This document shows positions 25,111-39,050 of a stretch of DNA of 64,000 bases, in pieces; within the stretch, counting starts at the first letter, position 1, and each line of letters opens with the position of its first letter. The stretch is from assembly GCA_951406725.2 (NCBI GenBank), contig OX597814.1:24490001-24554000 (forward strand), given 5' to 3'. The notes beneath the pieces were generated by a model. The model was not told where the DNA came from. It saw only the letters and a list, made by a program, of their open reading frames with translations, and did no database searches. The DNA is from Octopus vulgaris (lineage: Eukaryota). Both the position numbers and the translations under genes were made by a program.

Positions 25111-26773
25111 ACTTTTTAATATATTGTTGCTGACCATTATCTATAGATATGACACCATCAAAGACGATGTTTTTGTTGTAAAAGAGGAACAAGATTATCA
25201 CATATTGAGGGAAAAATTCAAATGATCATGAAAAGGCACATATATTGTAATGTCTAGAAGTAGTACTTAAAATTAATTTGGAAACACTAAGCCGTCTGCA
25301 TTACTAAAGTACTACAATGTCTTAAACAAGCATGATTCTATAAGAGTACCTCATTGCTGTTATATCGTTTAAAACAAAGTAATCTAAATAGTTATTTGAT
25401 AAAATTATTAAAATAGTAAGACAGATTCTTTTTTTCAAAACGTTTTTTTAAATAAGTTATTGTGATATATATTATGCAATCTTTGGATATTCAAAACATA
25501 CCATGACATGAAAAATGTAACACATAACAATATAAAAAAGCAAACAATAAAATTCTGCAATACTTCATAAGCACATAGTCACATAGTAGCACATTTTTCT
25601 TTTGATGTCGGTGGCAAAATACACTCAAATACTGACATGTACCAGAATTTTTCCTTTTATTTCCATTTGTTAACTTTATGGTTAGCACCATGTCAAATAT
25701 CGTTTCTTTTGATTATGTAATGGAATGGGAGATGATTGCTCATCTGTACTTGTTTGTTTCAACAGCAACAATATGGTATTTTTGATGCCAAATATTTGAG
25801 TAATATTGAGTAATATTGACATTAAATATCTCTTCCAAGCCACATACCCTGGATTGATATGTTGACTGCTATATGTTATGCTAAGATTTAATATTTTCTG
25901 ATTAATAATAGGAATTATTGCTTTTAAACCTCTTATGTCCAGACAGTTGTTTGTTTAGTAGTCTAGTATGAAAACAGAAGTGATTTGTATAACCTATTGT
26001 TTTGTAAGAACGCTACTTAACATCTTCATATAGTAATTCTATGATATGTCCTGGCTATCTTTATGGGAGAATTTTATCTTTACTCTGCAAGCTAATAAAA
26101 CTCTCATTAATTATACAGCAAACTGTTTGATACCAGCAGTGAGAGTCATATCTCTTCTTCAAACTTGTTTACTATTATGTAGATTGGACCTGCAAGGGTT
26201 AAATATATTGTGATTAGAATAGAGAACAACATCATTGCAGATGGAATGGATATAAACTAGATTTTTAAGCCAGAAGGTCAGCAGCAGCCAACCAACCCAA
26301 TGAACTATCACACCACATCTCTTATTAAAGATTTTACTATGTTATAACAGCAATATAATTTTATTCCAATGTTATAAAATTAAGCATTCCATATTACTTG
26401 TCTATTGATCTATACTGGTAATAATAATAGCTTCTTATATAAAGTTTTAAATTAGCAATTTATATCACAACTTGAAATTACTAATTTTTAAATTTAGTTT
26501 TAAAAGTTGAATCCTTCAGATTGGTGGAGTCAGTGCAATTGGTTTTCTATTTAAAAGTTTTTACATATTAATTGATAGTTGTATGGAAAACTGAAGGATT
26601 GAGTGAGCTGCAGAGAATTAATAATTCTAGAAATATAGGGTTCGAAAATTGCTTAATACAAAACACAACACAAGAATTATTGACATGAGCATGATAGGGT
26701 AAAACAAGTACATGGTAAAATATTTAAGACTTCAAGCTGTACAACAGGCAAAAGAATGCAGCACATTTGTGTA

Positions 26774-26995
26774 TTAACCCTTTTGATACCAACCCGGCCA
26801 AAACCGCCTCTGGCTCTGTAGTACAAATGTCTTGTTTTCATAAGTTTTGAATTAAAATCTTCCACCAAACCTTAGTCACAATTTATGTTCCCAACACTGG
26901 CTTAGTGATAACTAAGTTATTTTACTAAATTTTTTGTTATATTTAAAATTAATTGAACAAAACACAGAGCATCTCAAAATAAATACGGTATGATA
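26774..26995. mobile_element. piggyBac-like MITE with eroded right end
   Basis: Starts TTAA-CCCTTT; the expected AAAGGG-TTAA right end is not intact. Confidence 0.45.
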
Positions 26996-27085
26996 AAAGC
27001 ATGTTGAGGAGAATGGATTTTCCATTAAGTTGACTTGCGTTATTTAATTCATTGTTAAGGCAGTGAGCTGACAAAGTCATTAGCA

Positions 27086-27630
27086 GTCATCTGGAAGCCG
27101 TTCAGCGATGTGCAACCAAGAGAATACCCTCCATCAGGCATTTGCCATATTCTGAACGCCTTACTTCACTGGTCATGGATACATTGAAACTCCGATGTCT
27201 GGCAGCTGACTTGGCAGACACCCATAAAATTATTAACCATCTTACAAACAAATAACTCTGAGCACCTTTCCAAACTCCACGTGTCTAACACATGTGGACA
27301 TGTTTACAAAGTCAGAAAACAGCACAGCTCCCATGACTTTAGGAAACATTTTTTCACGCTGAGAGTTGCTGAAGTATGGAACAAATTGCCAGCATCAGTT
27401 GTTAGTTGTCGGAACACTGCATCCTTCAAAACTTCCATGCTTCCTGAGATTCGCCAACACTACACCTGATTTTCTCCCCTCTATACACACGCAAGCATGT
27501 ATCTGACTCATACACTGGTCACTTTCCAGACATTTGTAAATTACTGCATATGCTTTATACGCACTTTTGACAAGTTGTGGTGCACATGAGCACTGTATAT
27601 AATAATTTTATTATTATTATTATTATCATT
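27086..27630 (+). mobile_element. CR1-clade LINE 3' end inserted into a family B SINE (halves 27057-27085 and 27635-27815)
   Basis: LEAVQRCATKRIPSIRHLPYSERL...CGHVYK...RKHFFTLRVAEVWNKLPASVV...SFK; (ATT)n tail. Confidence 0.85.
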
Positions 27631-29111
27631 ATCAGAAAAATACTCAGTGGCATTTCTTCTGGCTTTTAACACTCTGAGTTAAAATCTTGCCAGGGTTAAC
27701 TTAGCCTCTCATCCCTTTGGTGTGGACAAAATAAAGTACTGATCAAGTGCTGGGGCTAGTGTAACTAACTAACCCCCCTCTCTTAAATTGCTAACCTTCT
27801 GCTTATTGTAGAAAGAATAACTTAATTCACTTTTGAATATTAATCTATGTTGCTTTATTGTAGAATTGGGAGTAGTTTTCTCATGTAGGCTATATTTGTG
27901 TTTTGTATATGATCAGAAAGTATTCAGAGCTCAAACATTTTCTGGGTTAAAAAGAGAAAAACCACAGCTTTGTGGTGATGCCTTTGATTGTCATAGAAAT
28001 AATATAACCAAGAAAAGTCATTAAAATTTGTGAGACTTTGTAAAGTTTGTGAAGGTTTTAGAAGTGTATCTTATATGTGAGTGTAGTGTAGTCAGAGTAT
28101 AACCTTAAAATGTGCCACAACTGTGTCTTGCTGCAGCTGAATGAAATTAAATTATCAATTTCCTGCAGAAAAGTTTTCCAGATAAATTCTTCAATAATAT
28201 ATGTCACTATCCTATTTTAGGGGCAGATTATTATGAAAGATTTTGTTGGGATACCTTGTTTAGATTCCAACGAAATATTTTCGAATTACCTCCATGTCAT
28301 TTTGTAAGAAATTATGATGAAAGGGTTTGAGCAGTTGTCCATTTTAAACTTTATTAAATGTGGCTCTACTGTTTTATTATGTCAATACTTTACATTACTA
28401 TATCTATATTTTATAATGACTACATTAATATCATCCTATTACTGCATCAATACTCCCGTGTATCAACACTGATATTACTCTTTTATGTTATAATATTGGA
28501 TTATAATATTTTGTAATATTCTACTCTATTATTAATTTTCACTCTCTTCTCTACACTTCATTATATGCCTATGCTGTTGCTATAAGCAAAGCATCTTCTG
28601 TACATTGTACTAACCAATTATCTCATGCTCTGTCATTAGCTTTACAATATTTTCAAAGCTTCTTTTTGAAGAATTTACTGGAGATGATTGGAAAATTTTC
28701 CATAAATCTTATGCAAATGTTCTGTAAATGTGTACATTTGAACAAAAGAACATCAATTTTTTTGGGCCCCATAAATGCCATGCTGATATTTGAAAAGTTA
28801 TAAATCGATGAGAAAATATCAATATTATTAATATTGTTGTTATTTCTATTATTATTTTTGTCATTTTTGTAGTAGCATTTGTAGTTGTAGTAATATTAAT
28901 AAGAAAAAAATACACAACATAAAAATATGAAAATGGTAAAATGTATTGATAGGAAGAATATTTTAGTGAAATGCTTCCTATCAATGAGAGCAAAATTTAT
29001 ATTATCTTCAGTTTATGCAATGTTAAGCAACTTTTGATGATAATAATTAGATCTTAGATTAATATGTATCTCTATTAAGGAATTTCATCCATGCTATTTA
29101 TCCCAAATAGC

Positions 29112-29146
29112 TTAGCGGTGCATGAAAATAAGATAGAATGGAAATC
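29112..29146 (-). CDS. Candidate terminal coding exon (GFPFYLIFMHR*) of an unidentified host gene
   Basis: Acceptor ttctctgtaattttacag; phase matches the exon at 29281-29328 across a 134-nt intron; no homology recognised. Confidence 0.25.
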
Positions 29147-29280
29147 CTGTAAAATTACAGAGAATGCAAAGAACTTAAGAGCTGACAATTTTATTTTGTT
29201 TCATTTCATGCTATGTTACTTACGTATTTATTTAAAGAAGCAACAATTTATCAACCAATTTTCTCACTGCTAATACTTAC

Positions 29281-29328
29281 CTAAGAATATATTAAGTCTA
29301 AGCAGCAATTCAACGATAGAATATGAGA
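29281..29328 (-). CDS. Candidate 48-nt phase-1 exon (SYSIVELLLRLNIFL)
   Basis: Acceptor atatctttcacag, strong donor ag/gtaagt, open frame, length divisible by 3. Confidence 0.4.
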   Translation of the reverse strand, partial: SHILSLNCCLDLIYS

Positions 29329-30349
29329 CTGTGAAAGATATATTAAATAGTGACTACTTATTTCTTTTTAGATTCTGAGATCAAATCATTTTGTATCGTA
29401 TTCAATCATTCATTCATTTGCTAATATCACATAAAAAGTGTGGGCGTGGGTTTGGGTTTGGAAATAAGTGTAAGGCAGTAGCATGTTAAATATATTTCAT
29501 ATGGTTAGTGGGAAGTTGCACTGAAGTGTTCAACTACATAATTTCATGCCATAAATCTGTTTCATTTCAGGTAACTATGTGCACCAGTATGGCTGGGTTG
29601 TTGAGATTATGCTGCAAATACATGATATAAAGTCTGATTCCACTATATGGCACCTATCATAGCTTCCATCAAAGCTTCAACTCAAACAACAATTAAACAA
29701 TCTTGTACCATTTCATTTAACCAAGTCTGGTAGCCTAACATTTGACCTCATCATTTACTTCAATGCCATCATCTTCTTCAAGTACCTTTCACAATCATCA
29801 CATGACACTTTTTTTACTCATTACTCACTGTCTATTTGTATCATCATATTTTTCTTTTCATATTCTAGGTAGTACACTTAATCTCTCTTTCACAGGGAAA
29901 CACTCCACTCAGGCCCTTCACTAACTTTAGTAGAGTCAACTCTGTTGCAAGCATTTAGACTAGATCTACAGCTTAAAGATAAGTCATCCTTTCAATCCCT
30001 CTATCTTGGAGTCCATGAAAAGGCTTATCAGCATTGACCTTTCCTCCTCTGACTAAGGTATTAAAACAAAATAAAATTCACAATAATTGTCACTCCATAC
30101 ATTATTTGATACCTTTCAGGCCAAGACACTCCCTCTGAACTTTCTGTTTTCACATTTCATACCAATTAACATCTCACATCCATTACAATATGCATGACTC
30201 ATAGCCTCCTAGAGTCCACAGATCGTCCATGTTAACACCAATTTGTCATGGACATGTAGAATCACAATCATTATGCACTTGATTAAATATTGTGTTTTGT
30301 TTTCATTAGTTCAGCTCTTTTTGAACTTGCTTATTACTTATAAAATCCA

Positions 30350-30668
30350 CGCACATACAGGGAAGTGGCCTTGCTTGATATGCAAAAAAAGGAGTAGGTA
30401 TAAACTCCATATGTACTATTCTATGTAAGTTATGAACACACAGTAGATGTAGTGGAATTCCAGGAAGACTGTCTGAGAATGTATGCTTCGTATGTGATAG
30501 AAGCACTGAAGTAGTACTTAAAAGCACACTGGAAATAGTTTCTCTCAAATGCTCAGAGGCTCACAAGAAGTAGTTGATAGCTTTTGCTATCTAGCAAATG
30601 TAGTTAGTAACAGAAGTGGTTGCTCGGAAAATATAGTAGCCAAAGTATCAACAGATTGGAGAAAGTTC
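30350..30668 (+). mobile_element. RTE fragment, PHD-like region
   Basis: GKWPCLICKK..GVGINSICTILCK, EVVDSFCYL. Confidence 0.75.
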
Positions 30669-30908
30669 CCTCCTCATTGTGGGAACCAAAACCATAGCCT
30701 CCATGTACGCCATGGAAGCCCCATGGATGTTGTCCAATATGCTCATTGAAGTCGCCAGCTACAAAGAGAAGGTCTCTGTCATTCGTTGATGAGGGAGTCT
30801 GCAAGAGAGTGTCATAAAAATCGGTCTTTCTGTTCATCAGGTAGCCCTGGCTGGGGGGCATAGGCTGAGATAATGGTTGCTAAACCATGTTGCAGCACTA
30901 ATCTAATC
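30665..30908 (-). mobile_element. RTE APE endonuclease fragment
   Basis: [11 protein letters not shown]...FYDTL...LFVAGDFNEHIG...GVHGGYGFGSHNEEG. Confidence 0.8.
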
Positions 30909-30993
30909 TTATATATACACATACATATCTATCTTTCTATCTATCAATCTATCTATTTATCTATAACTATCTATATCTATCTATCTCTATCTA

Positions 30994-31047
<54 letters not shown>

Positions 31048-32515
31048 TATACATGAATAATAGCTACAACCAGGCAAAATTAAATGGGATGTCATGATGT
31101 ACACATACCAATATTTGCAGAATCCTATTTAATATTTATAACATTATTAACCCTTCCTTCATTGGAAGTGCAGTTGCTCTCCTGAACTGCTGTTTGAAGC
31201 TTATAGCTACATAACATGTGTCATGTATTCACAGATATAGAACAGGAGAATTTTAACTAAACAAAATTAAAAAGATTGCCCTAGAGTATGAATATCAAAA
31301 ATTTATATATATACAGTATAATATTTAATGTTTATAACATAAATGTCTTTCAAACAGAGCAGTAATTACATTTCTGCCCGAGGAAGAGCATAATTCATCC
31401 AGAATTCCACGTAGCAGAGTTGTCACACCTGACTATCCAAGCAATTTCAGTTTAATCCCCCAGAGTAAATACGCTTAAAATGTATTTGTAGGGCGTACAT
31501 ATTCAATAATATTTCACAGATAAAAACAATTGCTGCAACTGTCTTGCCTCATCTTTCTGATCACTGCTGAATCTTCTTTTCTAAGAGTATGTGTCATCTT
31601 TTATTTCTGAAACTATAATTAAACCAAATTAAATTTGACTAGATTGAACAAGACTAAATATATTTTCTTCTACATAATTAATTTACCTCTTATCTCTATA
31701 GTATGTTATATTATTTTTGTCATTCAATTACTGTCAAATCTACACCATCCTATTATTAATTTAAAAAATTTTATAAAAATTGTAGAACCTGATTAGAAAG
31801 GGTAGGTGTTCCTGCCTGCATCAATGCTCTAATGAGAGTCAGCTAGGTGAAAATCACAGTTCTCTGTTTATCAGACTTCTATACATTCTCTCTGATGGTT
31901 TTAATTGTAACATGATTTTATATTAAACCCAATGTATATCTTTTTACTGGATTAAGTAACTGATTTTCTCTATGTTGTCATATATTAACTTTTATTTTTG
32001 CTTGGAAGAATTTAATATTAATTCAGATTATAAGATTATAGAGGTATATTCAGAGAGTGACCAAAGAAAAACAAGAATTAGTTTTTCAAATCGATTTTGC
32101 AATTTATTTCAATACAAATCTAGATGGAAAAATTGAGCTTATAAATTATTGAGAGTATCGTGTGTGAAGATAGTGGGAAAAAAAATATTCGCCAAAATAA
32201 TTACAATGTGACAAAACTAATGATCTCTAGCAATAAACCATACTAATTTGTTATTCACCTGAGTATTGAGGTAGTACAGTGTGCAAACTTATTTCTCTTT
32301 TTTTTGTTTTTGCTACCTTCTCTTTTTTCTTCCTCTCTCTCTCTTTCTTGCTTTCTGTCAGTTCACTTTCACAATTCTCTACTCTATGGTGCTTTCCCTC
32401 TTTATTTTTTGTCTTTTTCACTCTCTTATGCCATTTCCTCTATATTTGTATATGCACTCTTATTCATGTATGGACATATTCATATATATATATATATATA
32501 TATGCATATACATAT

Positions 32516-32564
<49 letters not shown>

Positions 32565-32573
32565 TATACATAT

Positions 32574-32625
<52 letters not shown>

Positions 32626-34762
32626 GTTTGCTTGCATACTGTAACTAGACACGTGCATTTATATATTCATATAAACATGCTCATACATACACACAAGTAT
32701 TATGACAAATCATCAATCATCATTGAAAAGCCTTGATCCGAACAGTTCACCAAAGTTCGGCAGATTAATGTTTGACTTGTACTTTGATGGGTGCCCTTTT
32801 GGGAAATCTGTCTAACTACTAATCAGATGCCATTGCAGCCAAACTCTTTTATCACCTCGAAATATTAGCTGTTGCTTTGTATGTTTGAGGTGACTAACTG
32901 GGGAAGCTGTCCATAGCAGAGAGTTCAAGGAAAGGTTCTCTAAGTAACAAAAATTGCACTGAAACTTTCTGTTGAAGAACAAATGCCAGCCGATAGTTTC
33001 CAATCAGCCACAGAAAAAAAAGTGAAACTACAATATTTTTTAATCTTTTTTATTGATATAACAATAATGAAGAAGAGTTTTTGACAAAGCTTTCTTTTCG
33101 TAAACTGAAGACAAATGGAATAATATAATGTGCTCAAGTGCATAGTATAATGTCAATGGCAATGGTATCATTTCAACTTTGAAGCTTTTTAGTCAGTAAA
33201 CCATCTCCTTAATCATCTAACTGATTCTCCTTTCTCCAAGGTAACAGAATTAATTTTTATACAATAGTATTGTATGTTTGCACATAATATATAGAATTGA
33301 TTTTTTTTTTTTTTTGCTTTTATGTTTTTCATCATTTACATATCAGCTGCACCAATCTCTTGGCTGATATAGAGTAGCCCTTCATAGGTATTATCCTTTG
33401 TTTTGTTTCTTTTTCATGTATCATGCATTTTGTGAACAATAGTGTCATTGATTTATGGGTTCCCAATGGGCCACTCACTGATTCACTGGATTTCTGATGG
33501 TGAGAGAGATAAGAAGCTGTCTATGTAGCTTGGACAGAATACATAATAACACAAGGGTTTTTTTTTTTTTTTGTTAAGCACATTGGTTTATCACTTTACT
33601 TGCTAATATACATTTACACATACATGCACATACACACACACAGATACACACACATACGCACATGCAAACAGGCATGCACACGCACATACATACACACATA
33701 TCCACACATATACAAATAGGTGTACAAACGAAAGAAAATGAACACTGAGCACATATAGGAAATATTAATTATTTGTATCAATGGTGTGATTAAAATTTGC
33801 ATTACTAAATGTTTCATAGAAGCAAAAAAATATCTGACCTCAGTTTCAATATTAAAGCATCAAATGCTTTCTGTGTCTGGGAAACCTTTTGTAAAGTAAA
33901 CTGTTGATACACACAGAATACACACACACACACAAGACATACTCACAGAACATACACATATAAATGTATATGACAGTTTTCTAGTGTTCCTATCTACCTA
34001 GTTTCACTCACATGATTATGCTAGATAACAAGAAATTGATTTGGAACTGTCTAGTTGTAAAGAAAACTTTTTAATCACATGATCATGTCTTGTTTGCAAT
34101 GAAAATCAAAGTGAATGACCACCAGCTACTGCAATGTTTACTGTAACAATCCACAAATATTAGAAGTTATAAAAATTATTTCTTTTTATTTAGTCAGAGA
34201 GAGAGTGAGACAGTGATCATGAAGTTTGCAAGCTTTCACAGAATGGTGAATTTGAAGTGACCTTTACTCAGCCTCAAAATCTACAGCTCTATGTCTGCAG
34301 GGAAAGTGTGGTTGGGAAGGAAGCAAGGGTCTAGTCTAAATATGTTTGTAAAAGAGAGAACTTTGTTGAAGGTACTCAATGACCAGACAGTAGTATTTAA
34401 CCAAGTGGTGTATTAAGTATACTGTCCATATGAGTTCCAAAACAATATATAATGGTAACAATGGTAACAAAAAATATATAATAGTCAAACAAAAAATATA
34501 CTAGAAAAAGACACCTTCTACTAAAATGCAACATTACTGCTTAACAGAATATGGTAGAATATGTTAATTTCTAAGACTGATACAAAGTCATATATTTTAT
34601 GGAGAGAAAATAAGTTGATTATGTCAACCCCAGTACATGACTGGTGTTTTATTTTATCTTCTTAGAAGGATGAAAAACAGAGTTGACATTGGTGCAAATC
34701 AGAAACAGAATATAGAGATGTAAATAAATATCACAAGGGAAATCATCTATTGTTCTAACAAT

Positions 34763-34998
34763 TCTTATTTCTTTATTGACCACAAGGGGTTAAACATAGA
34801 GGGGACAAACAAGGACAGACAAAGGGATTAAGTCGATTAGATCGACCCCAGTGCGTAACTGGTACTTAATTTATCAACCCCGAAAGGATGAAAGGCAAAG
34901 TCGACCTCGGCAGAATTTGAACTCAGAACATAACAGCAGACGAAATACTGATAAGCATTTCGCTTGGCATGCTAACGCTTCTGCCAGCTTGCTGCCTT
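34763..34998 (-). mobile_element. Young family B SINE next to an older copy (~34575-34760)
   Basis: Near-consensus family B sequence. Confidence 0.85.
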
Positions 34999-36204
34999 CT
35001 AGAATTGTTAGTAGAATTGTTCTACCAATTCTACCAACCTACCACCATTCATTTGCTAAAATATATATTTTTTTTAACATGAATTTCTAAGACACAGAAT
35101 CTCAAATGTTGAAAGGAAATCAACTCCAATATTTAGCTAATTAAAAATATGAAAAGCAAAGTTGAGCACAGCAGCATTTGAATTCAGAATGTAAAGGTAA
35201 GCAACTAGATACAACATACCATTTTTCTCCAAGACTCTTCTGATTCTGCCAATCTATATCCAGCCCCTACAAAACATCTAAAACATATTAACACACTTAT
35301 ATTATATTATGTACTCTAGGTCATCAACTAAGTTCAATGATGGTAGACCAGTAACAGGTATGTCAGTGGTGAGATGTAGATTTTAGGTGATATGTATTGG
35401 ACATTGAAAGAAAATTGCTTGATGATACCATATTATAAAATAGTTTAAATATAAACAGTTACTGTAAATTAAAATGCATGCATATATAGAATAACACCCT
35501 ACTAAATAATTTATGAAAAAATTTTGATTTGAAAAGCTAAGGAAAGTTTTGCCATCAGTGTTTTGATTTTATTCTTGGACATTCTTTGGCTGTGATTATT
35601 ATTTTGCCTTTTTCTAAGTCAAGAATCATGGAGTAATCTATGCAATATGTAAATTGATCAAAGTAATGCAAGCTATGTATACCTGAAAGCCCACACATTC
35701 TTTTTAGATCCAAGAATTTCACCACACTAATTTATTCCAGACCCCAAAATTTTCTGCTAATGAAAGCACATGGACAAATTTCTTTTGTCAAACTGGAGGA
35801 CACCACTCTCTCCAGATCGAGTCTCTGTCTTACAGACTTTGACTTCCTCACTACTGAAACATTCATTGTCCAAACAAAGAGGAAACAATTCTTGGTTTTC
35901 TTTCATTTCTTCCCTTTCCTTTTCTGTTTTTATTCACCCTTTGTCTTCTTATTTCATCAATCTTCTTTTCTTTTGCACCAACTGTCGTGTTTTATTTGTT
36001 TTCCCACAGACCAGTGTCCCGGTTTTCAAATAGGACAGACCATGTACATTGAGCCTGAAAGATTGCATGGAGACACAAGGCACATTATATAAATCTGCTT
36101 AATTATTGTGTTTACATGGCATGAAACTATTAATAGCTCTTATTTAAATACTGTGTATACACACACACACACAAAAACACACACACACACATATATATAT
36201 ATGT

Positions 36205-37056
36205 GAGATGGGTAAATTGTTGCCTTTATATAGTTTTATTTCCTGCATGCACATTGTTTGTTTTTGATTTTGTTGATTACACAGAATAATAGGGTCAGTG
36301 TAATTCCGTCTGTGAGAAAAACAGCATCGTTGCACAATTCGCTCTGCCAAAAATTTTGAAATGGTATGCTGTACTGCTTGAGATTTGAGCAAGAAGCTCC
36401 AATATGAACATTTCAGAGTGTTCAGGTGTCAATCTGAGGATAGTGTAATCTGAGAACATGTACTGAGAGTGATAAAAACCAAACATCCAGTCAACATCGT
36501 GGTATTTGGAGTGATCATAAGTGCTAGCGATGTTATCCCTCCATTCAGCTACCCACATGGCTTCAGACTCAGTCTGGTGGAGGTAGTGCTGCTCTGGGTG
36601 AAGAGAGTGGCTGCTGGAAGACCCTATATCTGGCAACAGAACTCTGCACCATGCCACACAAGCAGGAGAACCTAGTCATGGCTGACAGACATTTCTTTGA
36701 CGACATCACTCCTAACAGCTGGCCACCTAACTCCTCAGACTGCAACCCTCTTGATTATTATATGTGGGTGCAGTTGAGTGAGAGACCAACAGAACTTGTA
36801 AAACCAAAGATGAACTGAAGGCAAGGATTAGGGTGACATTGACCAACTTAAACAAGGAGACCATTCAGAAGAATTGCAGGAGATTCCTAAGTTGTTTAGA
36901 GGCCGTGGTTGAAGCCTTTTGCGATATTGTTAAATAAATTTACTCTTTAGTATTTCAAGATATCTTTATGTAATTTTGGTAAATATATCTCTTAAAATGA
37001 GTTCTCAGTATTATTTCCATTTTTGCATAATTTAGATGACAGCTGATTCACCACTC

Positions 37057-37062
<6 letters not shown>
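36205..37062 (+). mobile_element. Tc1/mariner superfamily (maT/DD37D-like) transposase remnant
   Basis: KTKHPVNIVVFGVI, WQQNSAPCHTSRRT, WPPNSSDCNPLDYYMW, CRRFLSCLEAVVEA; internal deletions and stops; ends ctgTA in (TA)n. Confidence 0.8.
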
Positions 37063-37091
<29 letters not shown>

Positions 37092-37094
<3 letters not shown>

Positions 37095-37285
37095 CCGTTG
37101 TAAGCACATAAATGTGAAACAAGGTGGAAAAAAGAGTACTTAAATACCAGAGGTAGAGTAATATCCTTTATTCGAAAGCAGCAGAAATATAACAAAAGCT
37201 ATTACTCAGAGTTTCATGTTCCTGTTCATCGAACAAAACTGTCCGACGAATGGGAACATGAAACTCTGAGTAACAGCTTTTGTTG

Positions 37286-37289
<4 letters not shown>
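37092..37289. mobile_element. Penelope-pLTR-like repeat ending in a ~100-bp palindrome with hammerhead motifs on both strands
   Basis: Palindrome ~37187-37289; homologous to 582-720; flanked by (TA)n and (TG)n. Confidence 0.75.
37239..37276 (+). ncRNA. Minimal type I hammerhead ribozyme motif with one core substitution
   Basis: ctgt CCGACGA atg-ggaa-cat GAAAC tctga GTA acag; stems I and II pair and stem III ACTCTGAGT is quasi-palindromic. Confidence 0.6.
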
Positions 37290-37339
<50 letters not shown>

Positions 37340-37639
37340 TGTGTATAAACTTGATTCTCAAGGCTATAGTAAAAGACACTTGCCCAAAGTGGGACTATAC
37401 CCAAGGCCAAATGGTTGGGAAGCAAGATTCTTATGCACACTGCCATGCTTGGATAATAATGATTGCACTAGGATCTCGTGGCTCACCTTTAATGGCTTTT
37501 TCAACCAGTCTAGTTAAATAATCCATTAAAAGTGAAGCCAGAGTTCCCAGCAAAGTCAATATTATCATTATAAATTAATAAAGTCCACTAACAGGAAATG
37601 ATATTTTTTTTGTTTTTCAATATGCTGATCAACAATATT

Positions 37640-38335
37640 AAAAAATATTGCAGTGAAACATGGGCTTTGACTTGTAGAGGCTTGAAAGAAATGAAACTAG
37701 CATGCTCTACTGGGTGGGTAATGTCAGTGTGCATGCACAGCAGATTGTAAATGATTTAAGAGGAAAATTGGGTATTAGAGACATCAGAGGAGATTGCACT
37801 GGTTTGGTCACGTGATGTGTGTGGATGAGGACAGCGGTTTAAAGAAGTGCAAAGTTCTAATTGGGGAGGGTACCTGTGGTTTGGTCATGTGATGTGTATG
37901 GATGAGGACAGCTGTATTAAGGGCCAAATTACAGTTGGGGAGGGTACCTAGAAGACATGGAACAGTGGTGAAAAAGGATCTTTGCACACTGGGCCTCACT
38001 GGGGTAATGACAAGGGACCAGAAGATGATTCTTTTGCACTTGGTAAGATGCATCAAGTGAAATTACTGTTTTCATACATACAGGCTTGTCCTTTCAGGTA
38101 CCAGTGCCACTTACAAAGTACCCGTGCTGATGCTGCCTTAACGCACCCATGCCGGTGATGTGTATATGCACCCAGCACACTCTGTTAAGTGGTTGGTGTT
38201 AGGAAGGGCATCCAGTTGTAGGAACCATGTCACAACAGACAGTTGGAGTCTGGACAGATCCCTACTAGCCAGCTCCATGTCAAACCATCCAACCCTTTCC
38301 AGCATGGAAAATTTACATTAAACAATGATGATGAT
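37640..38335 (+). mobile_element. Degraded RTE 3' end with internal ~75-bp tandem duplication and family C tail
   Basis: LERNETSML, WFGHV present twice, aggaagggcatccag, (GAT)n. Confidence 0.75.
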
Positions 38336-38378
38336 TGCTTAATAAATTTATGCACACACACATATATATGTATGTGTG

Positions 38379-38419
<41 letters not shown>

Positions 38420-38597
38420 TTTTTTCAGGATTAAATAAAAAGACAACAAATGGAAAATATGACATACCTATATATATAATTAAAAGATGTGTAGTAAATA
38501 TACAAACGAATATATACTAAATACACAAGCAAACAGAAAACAAAGAAGGTCACTGATTGTTCATCAGCTATCAGCCAGAGGGTCAAATGCAATTTCA

Positions 38598-38633
<36 letters not shown>

Positions 38634-38923
38634 AAATTTGGGATAATTGCAAGTATAAATTACTTCTAGTAACACTATTTAGTGGTACAGAAACCACTAT
38701 ACTGGAAACTGATTGGATGATAATAATTTATGTGGTAGTAGTTGCACAGCTCAAGAGCTGAAACTGGAAAAATAAAAAATAAATAAAATAAATAAAAAAA
38801 TAATATTTACTTATTTATATATAATTATTTTGAAGCATTGAATCAAAAATATTCAATTCATTTGAAATCCATACCAATGGTGTTTTAATAAAACAGAGTT
38901 TTATTTTCTTTTAAATATCTTAC

Positions 38924-38937
38924 TCCACAGAGTCTTT
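38924..38937 (-). CDS. Candidate 14-nt micro-exon
   Basis: Pyrimidine tract...atttcag/aaagactctgtgga/gtaaga. Confidence 0.2.
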
Positions 38938-39050
38938 CTGAAATATTACAATTCAAAAGAGAAAGAGAGTAAGAAGAAGTATGAAGAAGACAGAAATATT
39001 AACTACTTCCTCTTGAGGCATGGGCCCTAAATGAAATAATATGTAGATAC

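Noticed and set aside
31350-31620. Coding-looking unique sequence with a minus-strand acceptor (similar cases at 28610-28730, 35680-36060, 41930-42250, 52160-52400)
   Set aside because: Stops interrupt the frames between plausible splice sites, and no recognisable product
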